DNA of 64,000 nucleotides from Planctomycetota bacterium (GTDB lineage: Bacteria > Planctomycetota > GCA-002687715 > DRQF01): NCBI GenBank assembly GCA_036479435.1, contig JAZGFI010000099.1, positions 28,569 through 92,568 of the forward strand. The letters run 5' to 3'. The translations under genes and the position numbers were made by a program. The notes below the pieces were generated by a model, which was not told where the DNA came from, ran no database searches, and saw only the letters and a list, made by a program, of their open reading frames with translations. Positions 39,549 through 50,113 of the stretch are shown one piece after another (positions within the stretch are counted from its first letter, which is position 1; each line of letters opens with the position of its first letter).

Positions 39549-40465
39549 AAAAGGTCATCCCCTTCGCCCTGCGAAGACTTGATCGCCTGCGAAGACTTGA
39601 TCGCCTGCGAAGACATGATCTGAAGAACCTTGACTCGAGCGGAGTTCATGTGGTCCTGAACGAACTCGAAGGGAACTTGCGAATTCTCGGCGATCTCATC
39701 GAGCGGCTCTTGGCCGACGAGGTGGCGCCTTAGAATCAAGGCCTCAGAAAATTCCGTTTCGCCGCGCTTCGCCAGAGTATCGATAGCTTCGATGAAGGAG
39801 ATTGTGGAGCCGAGCGCCGAGCTCTCGGGTCCAAAAAGTTCGGCGAGCGGATCTGCTTCGATCATCGATTTGAACTCGAATTGTTCACAGCTTGGCGTAA
39901 GAGTGCGCGGCTCGCTTTTGCCTTGCACCGAGTCTCCCCACCAGGGGTTCGGAGCCAGCTTGCCCGAAGGGGTCGGGATATGCTCCAGTCGACACCCTGA
40001 ATCACTGAATGATCGGCATTGGCGACAACGTGGAGGGTCGAGTTCTTCTTGCCGGACCAAGACATCAATGACGTCGTTGCGAATGAAGCGCGCCATCCAG
40101 ATCTTGGTCTCGGGTAGCCGCTGCAGCTCGTCGCCGGGAAAAACTTTGGGATCTGAGCACAGTCGCGCGAGTATCTTGTCGGCGATGAGGGCCGCTTGGG
40201 GTCGGTGGTCGGGGTAGTTCGTCGCCATGAAGAGCACGACTTGTTTTTTGAACCCTCGATCCAAGTGGCAAGGGCCTTTTCCGAACAAAGTGTCGAATCG
40301 CTTGGCACTGATGAGGGTGCAATCGCGCTGATCTCCGGTACCGAATCGACAGCCCTGGCAGATTTCGGGGATCTCACCCAAGGCCGCATCTGCAAAAGAG
40401 ATCGCCACCGCCGCCTTGAGGCGAGCGGTCTTCGCCGCTTTGCTGTCGTCGAGGTCTTGGCTCAT
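39545..40465 (-). CDS. Divergent ECF-like sigma factor with two Cys clusters
   Basis: Region-2-like WMARFIRNDVIDVL; region-4-like EPLDEIAENSQVPFEFVQDHMNSARVKV; 4-nt overlap with the anti-sigma gene. Confidence 0.6.
   Translation of the reverse strand: MSQDLDDSKAAKTARLKAAVAISFADAALGEIPEICQGCRFGTGDQRDCTLISAKRFDTLFGKGPCHLDRGFKKQVVLFMATNYPDHRPQAALIADKILARLCSDPKVFPGDELQRLPETKIWMARFIRNDVIDVLVRQEELDPPRCRQCRSFSDSGCRLEHIPTPSGKLAPNPWWGDSVQGKSEPRTLTPSCEQFEFKSMIEADPLAELFGPESSALGSTISFIEAIDTLAKRGETEFSEALILRRHLVGQEPLDEIAENSQVPFEFVQDHMNSARVKVLQIMSSQAIKSSQAIKSSQGEGDDLL
39568..39620. repeat. 18-bp tandem repeat, about 3 copies (CCTGCGAAGACTTGATCG)
   Basis: Two exact copies plus one variant; encodes SSQAIK repeats at the sigma-like C-terminus. 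Confidence 0.9.
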
Positions 40466-40536
40466 TTTCCGGCTCTCCCGCGCGCGACTTTGGCGTCCTG
40501 TTAGCATTCCCCCGAAACTCGAGAACGAAGAGGAAT

Positions 40537-41538
40537 TTGATGCCCGCAACCACCACGCCCCTCACTAAGATCCTTGGTGCCCTTGGCCTGTTGGCCGCGG
40601 CCTTGGCTCTTTTCACATCTTGTTCGAACGGTGACTCGGTGGCCGAAGCCGCCGTCGAGAAGGATTGGGTTTCTCTTATCGACGAGGAACGCGCCTTTAC
40701 TGACCTCAAAAATTACGTCGAGCTGGGACCCGCCAGTCATAAGCGAGGTAATAATGACCGCTTAAAGAAGGGACGGGTTTTTATCAAGGAGGGTTTGAGG
40801 GCCGCGGGGATCGAGGACACCAGAAGACAGGAATGGCCACAGGACATCACGGTCGGTGACGCCCCGCGCAAAGTCTTGATGGAGAACATCATTGGCGTGT
40901 TGCCGGGCAAAAGAAAAGACGCGGTCGCCATCGCTTGCCACTACGACATCAAGATCCTGCCGCGCTTCGTGGGCGCGAACGACGGTGGCAGCGGAGTCGC
41001 GCTCACCTTGGAGTTGGCGCGGCAGTTGGTGAAGCGGGCCAAGGGCGGCTGGAAGCCCGAATTCAGCTACTACTTCGTGTTCTTCGACGGCGAGGAAGCC
41101 TTCGTGGATTGGAACGAAGTCGGCACGGACGGTCACAAAGACAACACCTACGGCAGCCGTTACCTTGCCGAACGGCTGGATGAATATCCCATCAAAGCAC
41201 TCGTCCTCCTTGACTTGGTCGCCGACGCCAAGCTCGACATCACGGTCGACACCTCTTCGACGCGCGCCCTTTCCGAGATGTTTGTCGAGACGGGCCGAGA
41301 GGTTTTCGGCATTAGCAAATTTGGCGATGCCAAAGACATCCTCGACGACCACCACCCCTTCATGACGAAGGGCGTACCGGCGATCGACCTCATCGACTTC
41401 AACTACGGGACGAACAACTCTTACTGGCACAGCCCGAAGGATCTCGTGGAACACTGCTCGGCCCGGTCGCTCGCCTACGTGGGCACTTTGGTGCTATCCG
41501 CCCTTCCCAAGCTCTCAGCCTGGCTCCTGGCCCGCTGA
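40537..41538 (+). CDS. M28 family peptidase (glutaminyl-cyclase-like) lipoprotein
   Basis: Lipobox FTSC; CHYD, GANDGGSG, FFDGEEA, DDHHPF, YWHSPKD. Confidence 0.9.
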   Translation: MMPATTTPLTKILGALGLLAAALALFTSCSNGDSVAEAAVEKDWVSLIDEERAFTDLKNYVELGPASHKRGNNDRLKKGRVFIKEGLRAAGIEDTRRQEWPQDITVGDAPRKVLMENIIGVLPGKRKDAVAIACHYDIKILPRFVGANDGGSGVALTLELARQLVKRAKGGWKPEFSYYFVFFDGEEAFVDWNEVGTDGHKDNTYGSRYLAERLDEYPIKALVLLDLVADAKLDITVDTSSTRALSEMFVETGREVFGISKFGDAKDILDDHHPFMTKGVPAIDLIDFNYGTNNSYWHSPKDLVEHCSARSLAYVGTLVLSALPKLSAWLLAR

Positions 41539-41712
41539 TTCCCTCGCAACGGGTTTCGGAAATTTTGCAAAAGACGGTCCAGAAAACTCTACTAACCGTA
41601 CTACAATTGCCTTTATAGTATGGCCTTGTGGCGGCCTGCGCCCTTTGGGAAATAGGCGAAAACCCCAACCGTATGCCCCGAGCTGAACGTCAAGACCGGG
41701 AGCCGAGAGCCC

Positions 41713-42423
41713 ATGGATTTCCGACATGCCCTACCGATTGTGATCCTGGTGCCTTTGGGACTGGTCGGCCTATGGATCTTTTATCACCTGCTGCGATTGC
41801 TTCAGCGGCGACTCAATCTGTTCACCAAAGGCACGTTGACCTTCATGGCAGCCTCGCTCCTGGCCTTTGCCCTCTTCGACCTCTTTTTGTTGGGCCACGA
41901 ACTGAGGAACGAGGATTTCGAACTCCGACGAGACTCGCAGGAACGTCTGGTGGTGCGCGTGGTCCGCGCCCTCAGTGATGAGTCGGCGCAGGGAGACATT
42001 GTCGAGATCAACTCAAGCCGTTGGCGTAAGGAGTTTTCTAAGACTCGTGATGATCTCCTTAGTGATCTTCACAACATTGACCCCGAGCTAAGTGAGTTCA
42101 AGGACTTCACGCTCATCTCACTCAATGTCGAGGAACCGGACATGTTCTCGGTCCAACGCGTGCGTCATCCTTGGGGACGATCGTGGCGCATCACCGGCAT
42201 CTTCGTTCGCGATTGCGAAGTTCGAGTCTTGGAAGGCAATGTCTCGACGCGCCGTGATGATGACGGCCGCGTGCGCATCGACAGCATCTTCCTTGAGATC
42301 CTCGACGGGAAAGATGCCAAGAGTTCAACCTTGCGACGGCAATACCGGCGGCAGTCGGATTTTCGCGTCGAAGGGTATCGCTACGACAAAACCGACAAGT
42401 GTTTTCGTAAGCGCGGAGTCTAG
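41713..42423 (+). CDS. Hypothetical membrane protein
   Basis: Two N-terminal TM helices; 236 aa. Confidence 0.65.
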   Translation: MDFRHALPIVILVPLGLVGLWIFYHLLRLLQRRLNLFTKGTLTFMAASLLAFALFDLFLLGHELRNEDFELRRDSQERLVVRVVRALSDESAQGDIVEINSSRWRKEFSKTRDDLLSDLHNIDPELSEFKDFTLISLNVEEPDMFSVQRVRHPWGRSWRITGIFVRDCEVRVLEGNVSTRRDDDGRVRIDSIFLEILDGKDAKSSTLRRQYRRQSDFRVEGYRYDKTDKCFRKRGV

Positions 42424-42469
42424 CTATCGGGTTCAATCGGAGAGCACGGCGGTTAGCTGGGGCTGACGT

Positions 42470-43036
42470 TCAGCTCAAAAATCGATGCCGCAACCAATCC
42501 AAGCCCTGTTCTCCCCAGTCCTCCAAAGGCAGCCACTCCTGCAGGAACTCCGGCTTGATCGTCCGAATCAAGAACAGACAACAGGCCAGGATGAGACCAA
42601 AACTCAGCAGGTAAGACAGCAATCTTGTGAGCCAAAACAGCAAGTGGAAGACCCGGCGAAAAGGCCACATCAAAAATTCAAACAACTTCCGCCCCACTCC
42701 TCCGGCGGCGCGTCTTACTGGCGACGCTTGCAACTGACGCCATAGGGCCTTGACCCCGCCATGCGATAGCGGCAATAAGGCGGACACCACCACAATGAGC
42801 AGCAAGAGCGCTACGACAAAGCCGAGCGCCGGGCGCCCGATGCCAGGGGGTAAATCCCGCATGGCCAATCGTTCAGTGGTCAGCGCCCACGCCAAGGCCC
42901 CCAGGCCGGCCAGGGGGATGAAGTTGATCAGGGCTAGCCCCAAGATTCTTCGGCCCCAGGACTGATTTACTTTGTTTCGAGCCTTACGGGCCATCCCCAG
43001 ATCTCCATGACCATCATTTTTCGCCAAGGTCGTCAT
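42470..43036 (-). CDS. Hypothetical multi-pass membrane protein
   Basis: Three or more hydrophobic helices; the start may be 42994. Confidence 0.65.
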   Translation of the reverse strand: MTTLAKNDGHGDLGMARKARNKVNQSWGRRILGLALINFIPLAGLGALAWALTTERLAMRDLPPGIGRPALGFVVALLLLIVVVSALLPLSHGGVKALWRQLQASPVRRAAGGVGRKLFEFLMWPFRRVFHLLFWLTRLLSYLLSFGLILACCLFLIRTIKPEFLQEWLPLEDWGEQGLDWLRHRFLS

Positions 43037-43224
43037 CCTGGCCGTATCACAAACGTGTCCAGCTAAGTCCGATGTCAGAGCCGCGAGAACTTGCGCCCCT
43101 TTTCCCTGCTCGCCAGCCCTATGCTAAGTTTGCTCCGGAATGGTGAGCCATCCACTGGGGCCTGCCATCATCGCGGCTTGACCGCCGTATTCAAGAACTC
43201 CCCATTTCTCTTCGGTATCCGACG

Positions 43225-45528
43225 ATGTTGAGACCTGCGATCATTACTTTGTGCCTGCTGGCGTCGACCTTCGCCACCCTTTGCGCACAAGATGCGACCA
43301 TCAGTTTCCCCAAGGCAAAATCCGTTTTCGATCGCGGAGTACGCAGCGGTGAGACCAAAGAGCTCATCGCCGGTATCAGCGTCTTGGTCAGCACCCGCGA
43401 CCCCAAAGGCGTCAAAGTCCTACAGGTCGCACTCCACAAAGCACGGAAGAACCTTGCCAAGGTCAAAAAGAAACTTGTACGCCCCAACCGAACCCTTAAG
43501 AAGCTCTCCGACAGTTTGGTGAAGAAAGTTCTTCTCAATAATAGAACGACGACCGGCCTCAAACTCCAAAGAGACATCGACAAGATTCGCAAGAAGATCG
43601 AACCTCTGGAGGCCGCAAGAGGCCGTTACGAGAACACCAAGGAATCACTTTTGGTTGGCCTCGGGGACCTGATCGCCAGTTTGGACGACGGTTTAAGAGA
43701 AGCCGAGACCAACAAGTTCATCACCCACGTCGCCAAACTAAAAGACACTGCCGCGCGGCTCGACAACCTTGAGATTCTCGGCCACATCCACGGCCCCCAG
43801 GCCGTGCTCGGACTCGTCGGCATTGCCCTCAACAACACCGATCCCATCGTGCGAATCGCGGCCATCGAGGCGCTCGCAGACCTCGGCGACTCGCGCGGAT
43901 CAGAAGCCGCTTTGGTCGCCCTTGATGACGAGTACTGGCAGGTTCGCACCACGGCGGTCCGCTCGCTGGAACGCATCGGGCACATCGACGCCATCGGCAA
44001 ACTGATCAAAAGGCTCGGTGCCGAACAGGGCCGACTTCGTGGCGACATCATCGAGTCCCTAAGCGCGATGACCGGGCAAGACTTCCGCGAGAATGCCGCC
44101 GTCTGGGCCAAGTGGTGGAAGGACCAAAACGAGCACTTTCGAGGCCTCCTAAAGTCCCTGGAAACGGGCAATGGGGTCGAACGCGACGAGGCGATGCGCC
44201 AAGTTGGTGCGGAGGGGTTCCTGTTGGGCGTCCGCTTGATGCTCGACAAGGAAGGTCTTTCCGACAACGCCATTCGGCACGCCGAAGCCTTGACCTTGGA
44301 CGACCCGGAGAAAACCAAAGCGGTGAACCCCGGCGGAGTCGAGGGGGTTTCGGGCGCCGACGGTACGCGCGAAGTCTTCCACGCGATGGTGGGCCAAGCG
44401 ATCGGGTCGCGCAAACCTGCGATTCGCGATCACGCCCTCGATGTGCTGCTGATCCAGCCCTGGCGGCGCACGAAGAATGAGAACAAAAAAGCCGAGTTGA
44501 CCCGCCTCATCGGTCGCACCGGCGCAAAACGGGCGGCGGAGATCCTCGTCCGCGTCGTGTTGAATAGCGACGTGAAGAATAGTCTAAAGCTCGCCGCCGT
44601 GGAGGGTCTGGGCTACTCGGCGAAGTCCGAGCAAACCATCTTTTTGGGTCGCCTGTTTGGAAACGACAGTGCCGACGCCGAATTGCTTTTGCTGGCCGCC
44701 CGCGCCCTGGGAGAAGTCGGTACCCATCGCGCCGTCAACTCACTCATCCAAGGACTGCGCGAACTCAGTGGCCGCAGCGAAATGGAAGGCGTCGTCAAGG
44801 CCGGACTCGATGAGCTGCGGACGATGACCGGACGCAGCGAAGGCAATGAAGTGGCGCCCTGGGTCACTTGGTGGAAGGCCAACAAGGAGGGATTCGGGAC
44901 TAAGAAAGACCAACTGGCCGCCGCCAAGAAGAAAGAAGGCGGCGAAGACGAGGACGATCGCTACGGGTTCTACGGCATCAAGACCTTCTCGAAACGGATC
45001 GCTTACGTCTTAGATGTCAGCGGCAGCATGAATGAGGAAGCGGGCTACGCGGGCGAGCGGCGCACGAAGATCGATGTGGCCAAATCGGAACTTCTGAAGT
45101 CGATCAGCGCCCTACCGAAGGACGCCGAGTTCAGCATCATTATCTACTCGACTGACTTCAGGCTGTGGCAAAAAAAGATCGTCACCGCGACCGCAGACAA
45201 CAAGAAAAAGGCGAAAGCTTGGATCTCGAAAATTGAAGCGGTCGGTGGCACCAACATCTACGATGCGCTCGCCAAGGCCTTCGAACTTGCGGGACGAGGC
45301 ACCTTCGACAAGGGCTACAAGACCGCCCTCGACACGATCTTTTTTCTTTCTGACGGGCAACCCACGATGGGTGAGCACACCGATACGAATGTGATTCTCG
45401 CGGAATGTCGAAAACTCAACAAACTGCGCAAAGTTCAGATTCACACCATTGGGGTCGGCAAAGACCACGCGAAGGAATTCATGCGGGCCCTCGCCGTCTT
45501 GGGTCGGGGAGACTACGTCTCGCGCTGA
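43225..45528 (+). CDS. Secreted HEAT-repeat + vWA domain protein
   Basis: Signal peptide; VRIAAIEAL, LDDEYWQVR; MIDAS DVSGS, GGTN, LSDGQP. Confidence 0.88.
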   Translation: MLRPAIITLCLLASTFATLCAQDATISFPKAKSVFDRGVRSGETKELIAGISVLVSTRDPKGVKVLQVALHKARKNLAKVKKKLVRPNRTLKKLSDSLVKKVLLNNRTTTGLKLQRDIDKIRKKIEPLEAARGRYENTKESLLVGLGDLIASLDDGLREAETNKFITHVAKLKDTAARLDNLEILGHIHGPQAVLGLVGIALNNTDPIVRIAAIEALADLGDSRGSEAALVALDDEYWQVRTTAVRSLERIGHIDAIGKLIKRLGAEQGRLRGDIIESLSAMTGQDFRENAAVWAKWWKDQNEHFRGLLKSLETGNGVERDEAMRQVGAEGFLLGVRLMLDKEGLSDNAIRHAEALTLDDPEKTKAVNPGGVEGVSGADGTREVFHAMVGQAIGSRKPAIRDHALDVLLIQPWRRTKNENKKAELTRLIGRTGAKRAAEILVRVVLNSDVKNSLKLAAVEGLGYSAKSEQTIFLGRLFGNDSADAELLLLAARALGEVGTHRAVNSLIQGLRELSGRSEMEGVVKAGLDELRTMTGRSEGNEVAPWVTWWKANKEGFGTKKDQLAAAKKKEGGEDEDDRYGFYGIKTFSKRIAYVLDVSGSMNEEAGYAGERRTKIDVAKSELLKSISALPKDAEFSIIIYSTDFRLWQKKIVTATADNKKKAKAWISKIEAVGGTNIYDALAKAFELAGRGTFDKGYKTALDTIFFLSDGQPTMGEHTDTNVILAECRKLNKLRKVQIHTIGVGKDHAKEFMRALAVLGRGDYVSR

Positions 45529-46661
45529 CCGTCAACGACGCCTAAGATTTCGGGGCCGAAACGCTGAAGCCGTCGCTCGCCGAAGAATTCGATCTGTTCG
45601 AGTTCTTGCCGCGAGCGCGGCTGGGTTTCGGCGATCGCCATCATCACGTGCTTGGGCAAGATAACCGTCGAGGGCTGTTTCAGTTCTTGGGCCTTAGCTT
45701 GCCGCCATTTGCGAAGAGCCTCGGTGACCGCAAAGCGGACGGCACCGCCGCCGTCGCCTTTTTTGCGCCGACTCGCCGTGACCACGACTTCTCCGTCAAG
45801 AGCTCGGCGCACGGCTTCAATGACCGGAGCCCCGTAACGTTGGCTAAACCTCGACCGTGGCCCCTTTCCGTCCAGGTCGCCTAGACTCTCCGGTTTGTTT
45901 TGGGCCAAATCCAATAAGGTCTTGTTGTTCATGACCTTAAAGGGCGGCAAATCGCGCCGCCGCGCCAGCTCGTCACGCGTGCCGACCAGGGATTTCAAAA
46001 CCGCAAGGCTGAGGGGGTCGAGGCCCTGAGATCCCTTGATGCGGCGATAGGACTCGGGGTCGAACGGGCGCTCGACGTAGGGTGTATGCCTGAGTTTCTC
46101 AAACTCGTTTTCGAGTTCCGGCGCGAGGTCGGCCGCCTCGATTTCTGTCTGCAAAATTACGCGAAGCTCGGACAGAAAGCGAACGTCCGCGGCGATGTAC
46201 TCGAGATATTTGTCCGCCAGCGGCCGAAGCGCCCAGTTATATCGCGTCAGTGATTTGTCCATCTCGACGTCAAAATGCTCTTGGCACAGTGCGGCGAGGC
46301 CGAGGCTCGGGCGATCGAGATACTGGGCGGCCAGCATCGTGTCGTAGAGCCTTCCAAACTGCACTCCAAAGTCCCTCGCGAGGCAGGAGACATCGTAATC
46401 AGCGCCATGCAAAATCTTTAGGCTCGACGAATCGTTGAAAACCTCCACCAAGGGCTCGATGTTGCGAAGGCGGATCGTGTCGACAATGTAGATCTCACCG
46501 GCGGCTTTGACCTGGATAAAACAGACTTTCTCGAAGTAGCAGTGCATGCTGTCTGATTCGGTGTCGACGCCGATTTCGTCAGCCTGAGCAATCTTTGCCG
46601 CCGCTGACGCTAAGTCCTTGGGGTTGTCGATGTAGTGCACGGGTTCTGGGGTGCGAGTCAA
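45513..46661 (-). CDS. rnd: Ribonuclease D (DEDDy exonuclease + HRDC domains)
   Basis: GVDTES, LHGADYD, DTMLAA, YIAAD; two HRDC-like segments. Confidence 0.9.
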   Translation of the reverse strand: MTRTPEPVHYIDNPKDLASAAAKIAQADEIGVDTESDSMHCYFEKVCFIQVKAAGEIYIVDTIRLRNIEPLVEVFNDSSSLKILHGADYDVSCLARDFGVQFGRLYDTMLAAQYLDRPSLGLAALCQEHFDVEMDKSLTRYNWALRPLADKYLEYIAADVRFLSELRVILQTEIEAADLAPELENEFEKLRHTPYVERPFDPESYRRIKGSQGLDPLSLAVLKSLVGTRDELARRRDLPPFKVMNNKTLLDLAQNKPESLGDLDGKGPRSRFSQRYGAPVIEAVRRALDGEVVVTASRRKKGDGGGAVRFAVTEALRKWRQAKAQELKQPSTVILPKHVMMAIAETQPRSRQELEQIEFFGERRLQRFGPEILGVVDGQRET

Positions 46662-46755
46662 GACGATTTGGTCCTGGTTTGGGCGAATTTTGGGATCGGT
46701 CCAATCCGCATTGGAACACTGAGGATTCTGCGCTATTTAAGCCGATGAAAGGGAT

Positions 46756-49700
46756 ATGGGAAACATAGGGCGTCCAGATTCCGTCTTTAAGACCCGCTAC
46801 CTGGTCCTAGGGACGGTGACGCTTGTCCCGGTTTTGCTAGCTCTAGCCACCCTCGAAAGCGATCTCGAAGGCGGCGTGCTCAAGGGAGTCGTACTCCCGA
46901 CGCTGGCGATTGGGTCGTTTTTGGGTCTTTACACCCGAACGACTCTCAGCCGCTATTCCAAGTCGGTTTTCGCGGCTTTAGCCTTCTTGTGGATCGGTCT
47001 TTTTGACCTGGTCTCGGGGCTCATCGTCCTCGTCGACGAGGATTCCGCCGCCGGATCGCAGTCCTCCCTTCGCTTTTATGCCTTGATGCTGATGGCCGGC
47101 TTGCTCTTCATCTCAAGCTGGGAAAAGCAGCTCAAAAAACTCCATCAAATTTCCAAACTACCGGTCGTCCTGGGCCTCGTGGCGGTCGCGGCCATCGGTT
47201 TAGCGGTGGTTTTGCCCTCATTCTGGCCGGCTTTGTCCCAAAGCGCCTGGATCGCTTCGACCTGCAGCGTGCTCGCGCCGATCTTTTTCCTCTGGGGAGG
47301 TTATCGCCGCGCCGTCGAAGGCCGAGAGGTTGGCCGGCCGGTCGCAGCGGGCCTTGCGATCTCGGGTTTGGCGGGCACCCTTGTCGTCGCCATCGGCGCG
47401 GGCTGGCTGAACTGGGTCGGGCTCACGCCTCGCCAACAATCTTTCGCGATGACCTTACTCGTAGCACCGCCCCTGATTGGAATTCTAATTGAAGACCTCC
47501 AGCGCTTCCGGCGTTCGATGCATTCGCGAATTCGGATAACGATGCTCGGGCTCCTCGGCCTCCTGTTGGCCCTGTGCCTCATCCTGAGCGCGACCTTCAA
47601 CGCCGAAGCCTTCGCTAAGGCGCTAGACAAGAGCACGGTTGCCCAAAGCCAGCTCATCATCGTCGTCATCCTGTTGACGACGACCGCTGCGGTGTTTTTG
47701 GTGACGACCGCTAATCGCGACCTCATCCGACGCATCAGCGACCTTTCTCGAACGACGATGGCTTTCGCCGGGGGGCAAAAAGACGTCCGAGTCGATGTCT
47801 ACGGTGACGACGAAATTGACAAACTTGGCTTAGCCTTCAATTCCCTCGCGGAGCGCGTCACGGCCCAGAATGATGAACTGCAACTGCTCGCCCGAGTCAT
47901 GGAAGGCACGAGTGAGGCCATCGCCGTCATCGACGACAAGCACCGTATCGCGTTCGTAAACGCCGCCTGCACCCAGATCGTCGGCTGGTCACGCACTGAA
48001 ATGGTCGGTCGACATTTCGACCGTTTCTTTCGCAACACGCTCAACGACGAGGCGGCAACCGATATCTGGAAAGGCCTGCAGGACCGTGGGCGATGGAACG
48101 GCGATCTGTTCATCCGACGCAGAGAAGGCGATCCCATCGAGTTCTCCCTGACCGTCAATGAAGTCACGCACCGTAAGTGGTGTTTTGTGGCGGTGTTCCG
48201 CGACTTGAGAGTCGTGCGCGAAATGGAGCACGAGCGCACGGTCTACATGCGGCATCTGATCAAGATTGGTCGCTTGACACGTCTCATGGTGGAAAGCCTC
48301 TCATCCGAGGAGATTCAGGCCATCGCCGTCGACCATCTCAAGGAAGATTTTGGCGCCGACAGCCGCATCTGGATGCTCGAAGCCGAAGACGGCAGCAAGC
48401 AACGAGTCCTCACCTTGGCGGCTTCTTCTATCGAAGTCGTTCCGAACGCCGACAGTCCGCCGAGAAGCGGACTCGCTCAACGCGTCATGACCGAAGGCGA
48501 ACCCGTCATCTGCCTAGAGCCGAATCAACACGAGTCGATCTTCGCAGATGCGACGGAGGACTCCTGCTATCTCGGCCCCCAAGCCGCTTTTCCGCTCGAG
48601 GTTGGCGGCCAACTCGAAGGAGTCTTGGAACTCTCGCTTCCCGACCAAGGGCACCAACGCTCAGTTGACGCCTTTTTGCTCCTCGCCCACATTCTCTCCG
48701 GTACTCTAAGTCACGCGGCCCTATATCGTCAGACTTCCCTGCAGTCGTCTGTACTTAAACAGCTGGGCAAAGACCGCGAGCGGGCGATGCAGCGCATCGA
48801 GATGAAGTCGATTGAGTTGGAGTCAGCCAACACCAAGCTGGTCGAAAGCGGGCGTACGAAAGACCTTTTCCTCAGCACGGCTTCACATGAACTTCGCACG
48901 CCGGTTAGTTCCGTCTTGGGATTCTTGAAGCTCATCCTCGACGGTCTAGCTTCCGACCCCGAAGAGGAGATGCAGTTCATCAGGGAGGCGCATGGTTGTG
49001 CCGAACACTTGCTGGCACTCATCAACGACATCCTTGACGCGGCGCGGATGGATGCGGGGCGCTTCGATATGGTCCGCTCAGACGTCAACGTCGCCACTGT
49101 CCTCGCAGAAGTCCGCCGGCTGAGTGGAGCGAAAACTCAAGACAAGGGCCTCGAATTCGTCGTCAAGGTAAAGCCTGGTCTCATTTGCTTCGCGGACGAA
49201 CACCGATTGAAGCAAGTCTTCGTCAACCTCGTCGGGAATTCGATCAAGTTCACCGAGAGCGGCTCGATTACGATCACGGCCATCGAGGACCTAGACGCGG
49301 GCCATGTCAGCTTCGCCGTTCGCGATACGGGTATTGGAATGAGCGAAAACGATTGCAGCAAAGTGCTTGAGGCTTTTGTGCAAGCCGACGCCGGCGACAC
49401 CAGAGCATACGGCGGCAGTGGCCTTGGACTGTCGATCACCAAGCAGCTGATTTCCTTGATGGGTGGCTCACTCCACCTCGAAAGCGAAGGCGTCGGTAAG
49501 GGCACCGTGGCCTGTTTCTCATTGCCGCTCGCGCGTAAGCGCCTGAACCCCATTTGGATTCCGCCGCTCCCGGATGGTACGCCTCGCGGCCGCGCCATGT
49601 TGGTAGGCCACGATCTAGAATTCTGGCGAGACGCGGCTATCGCCTTTGCTGACGCTGGCTACGCGGTCGCCGTCGTTGAGACTGCCGACCAGGCCTACGA

Positions 49701-49983
49701 GCGAGCCCACCTCGTGCTCCCTGATGTCATTGTGTCGGGCTTCACCTTGATTCACGAGTCCGACGCCCTCTTTGAGACGGGCATCGACTTGGCCAAGGCC
49801 ATCATCGATGACGAGCGCATGAACGGTTGCGAGTTCTACATGGTCACCGCCAGTGATGCGCGCTCCGGGGTTCTGGGCAAAAAGGCCGCGCGCCTCCGCG
49901 ACCTCAACTCCTTGTCGCGACCCCTCAACCCCACTGAGCTACCGATGCTCCTCGGCTACGTCATCCAAGAACCAAAAGCCTAG
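46756..49983 (+). CDS. Multi-TM HAMP-PAS-GAF histidine kinase with a C-terminal pseudo-receiver
   Basis: DEIDKLGLAFN, FVNAAC, SHELRTP, NLVGNSIKF, DTGIGM, GSGLGL. Confidence 0.92.
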   Translation: MGNIGRPDSVFKTRYLVLGTVTLVPVLLALATLESDLEGGVLKGVVLPTLAIGSFLGLYTRTTLSRYSKSVFAALAFLWIGLFDLVSGLIVLVDEDSAAGSQSSLRFYALMLMAGLLFISSWEKQLKKLHQISKLPVVLGLVAVAAIGLAVVLPSFWPALSQSAWIASTCSVLAPIFFLWGGYRRAVEGREVGRPVAAGLAISGLAGTLVVAIGAGWLNWVGLTPRQQSFAMTLLVAPPLIGILIEDLQRFRRSMHSRIRITMLGLLGLLLALCLILSATFNAEAFAKALDKSTVAQSQLIIVVILLTTTAAVFLVTTANRDLIRRISDLSRTTMAFAGGQKDVRVDVYGDDEIDKLGLAFNSLAERVTAQNDELQLLARVMEGTSEAIAVIDDKHRIAFVNAACTQIVGWSRTEMVGRHFDRFFRNTLNDEAATDIWKGLQDRGRWNGDLFIRRREGDPIEFSLTVNEVTHRKWCFVAVFRDLRVVREMEHERTVYMRHLIKIGRLTRLMVESLSSEEIQAIAVDHLKEDFGADSRIWMLEAEDGSKQRVLTLAASSIEVVPNADSPPRSGLAQRVMTEGEPVICLEPNQHESIFADATEDSCYLGPQAAFPLEVGGQLEGVLELSLPDQGHQRSVDAFLLLAHILSGTLSHAALYRQTSLQSSVLKQLGKDRERAMQRIEMKSIELESANTKLVESGRTKDLFLSTASHELRTPVSSVLGFLKLILDGLASDPEEEMQFIREAHGCAEHLLALINDILDAARMDAGRFDMVRSDVNVATVLAEVRRLSGAKTQDKGLEFVVKVKPGLICFADEHRLKQVFVNLVGNSIKFTESGSITITAIEDLDAGHVSFAVRDTGIGMSENDCSKVLEAFVQADAGDTRAYGGSGLGLSITKQLISLMGGSLHLESEGVGKGTVACFSLPLARKRLNPIWIPPLPDGTPRGRAMLVGHDLEFWRDAAIAFADAGYAVAVVETADQAYERAHLVLPDVIVSGFTLIHESDALFETGIDLAKAIIDDERMNGCEFYMVTASDARSGVLGKKAARLRDLNSLSRPLNPTELPMLLGYVIQEPKA

Positions 49984-50048
49984 CGAGCTGGAGCCTATGC
50001 GGCCCCTCAACGTTAGTGGCTGGTAAAGCTCAATCCTGAAATATGAAT

Positions 50049-50079
50049 ATGAACTGGGCCGACTTGCGGCCCAGTTCAT
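50049..50079. terminator. 13-bp hairpin between convergent genes, possible bidirectional terminator
   Basis: ATGAACTGGGCCG-acttg-CGGCCCAGTTCAT; no clear U tract. Confidence 0.5.
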
Positions 50080-50113
50080 TGGTCACGAATTAGCTTAATA
50101 AGCCGCTAGCTTG

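Noticed and set aside
49995..50025. CCCCTCAACGTTAGTG looks like an attC right end
   Set aside because: There is no upstream RYYYAAC with matching arms, and the flanking genes are not cassette-like.
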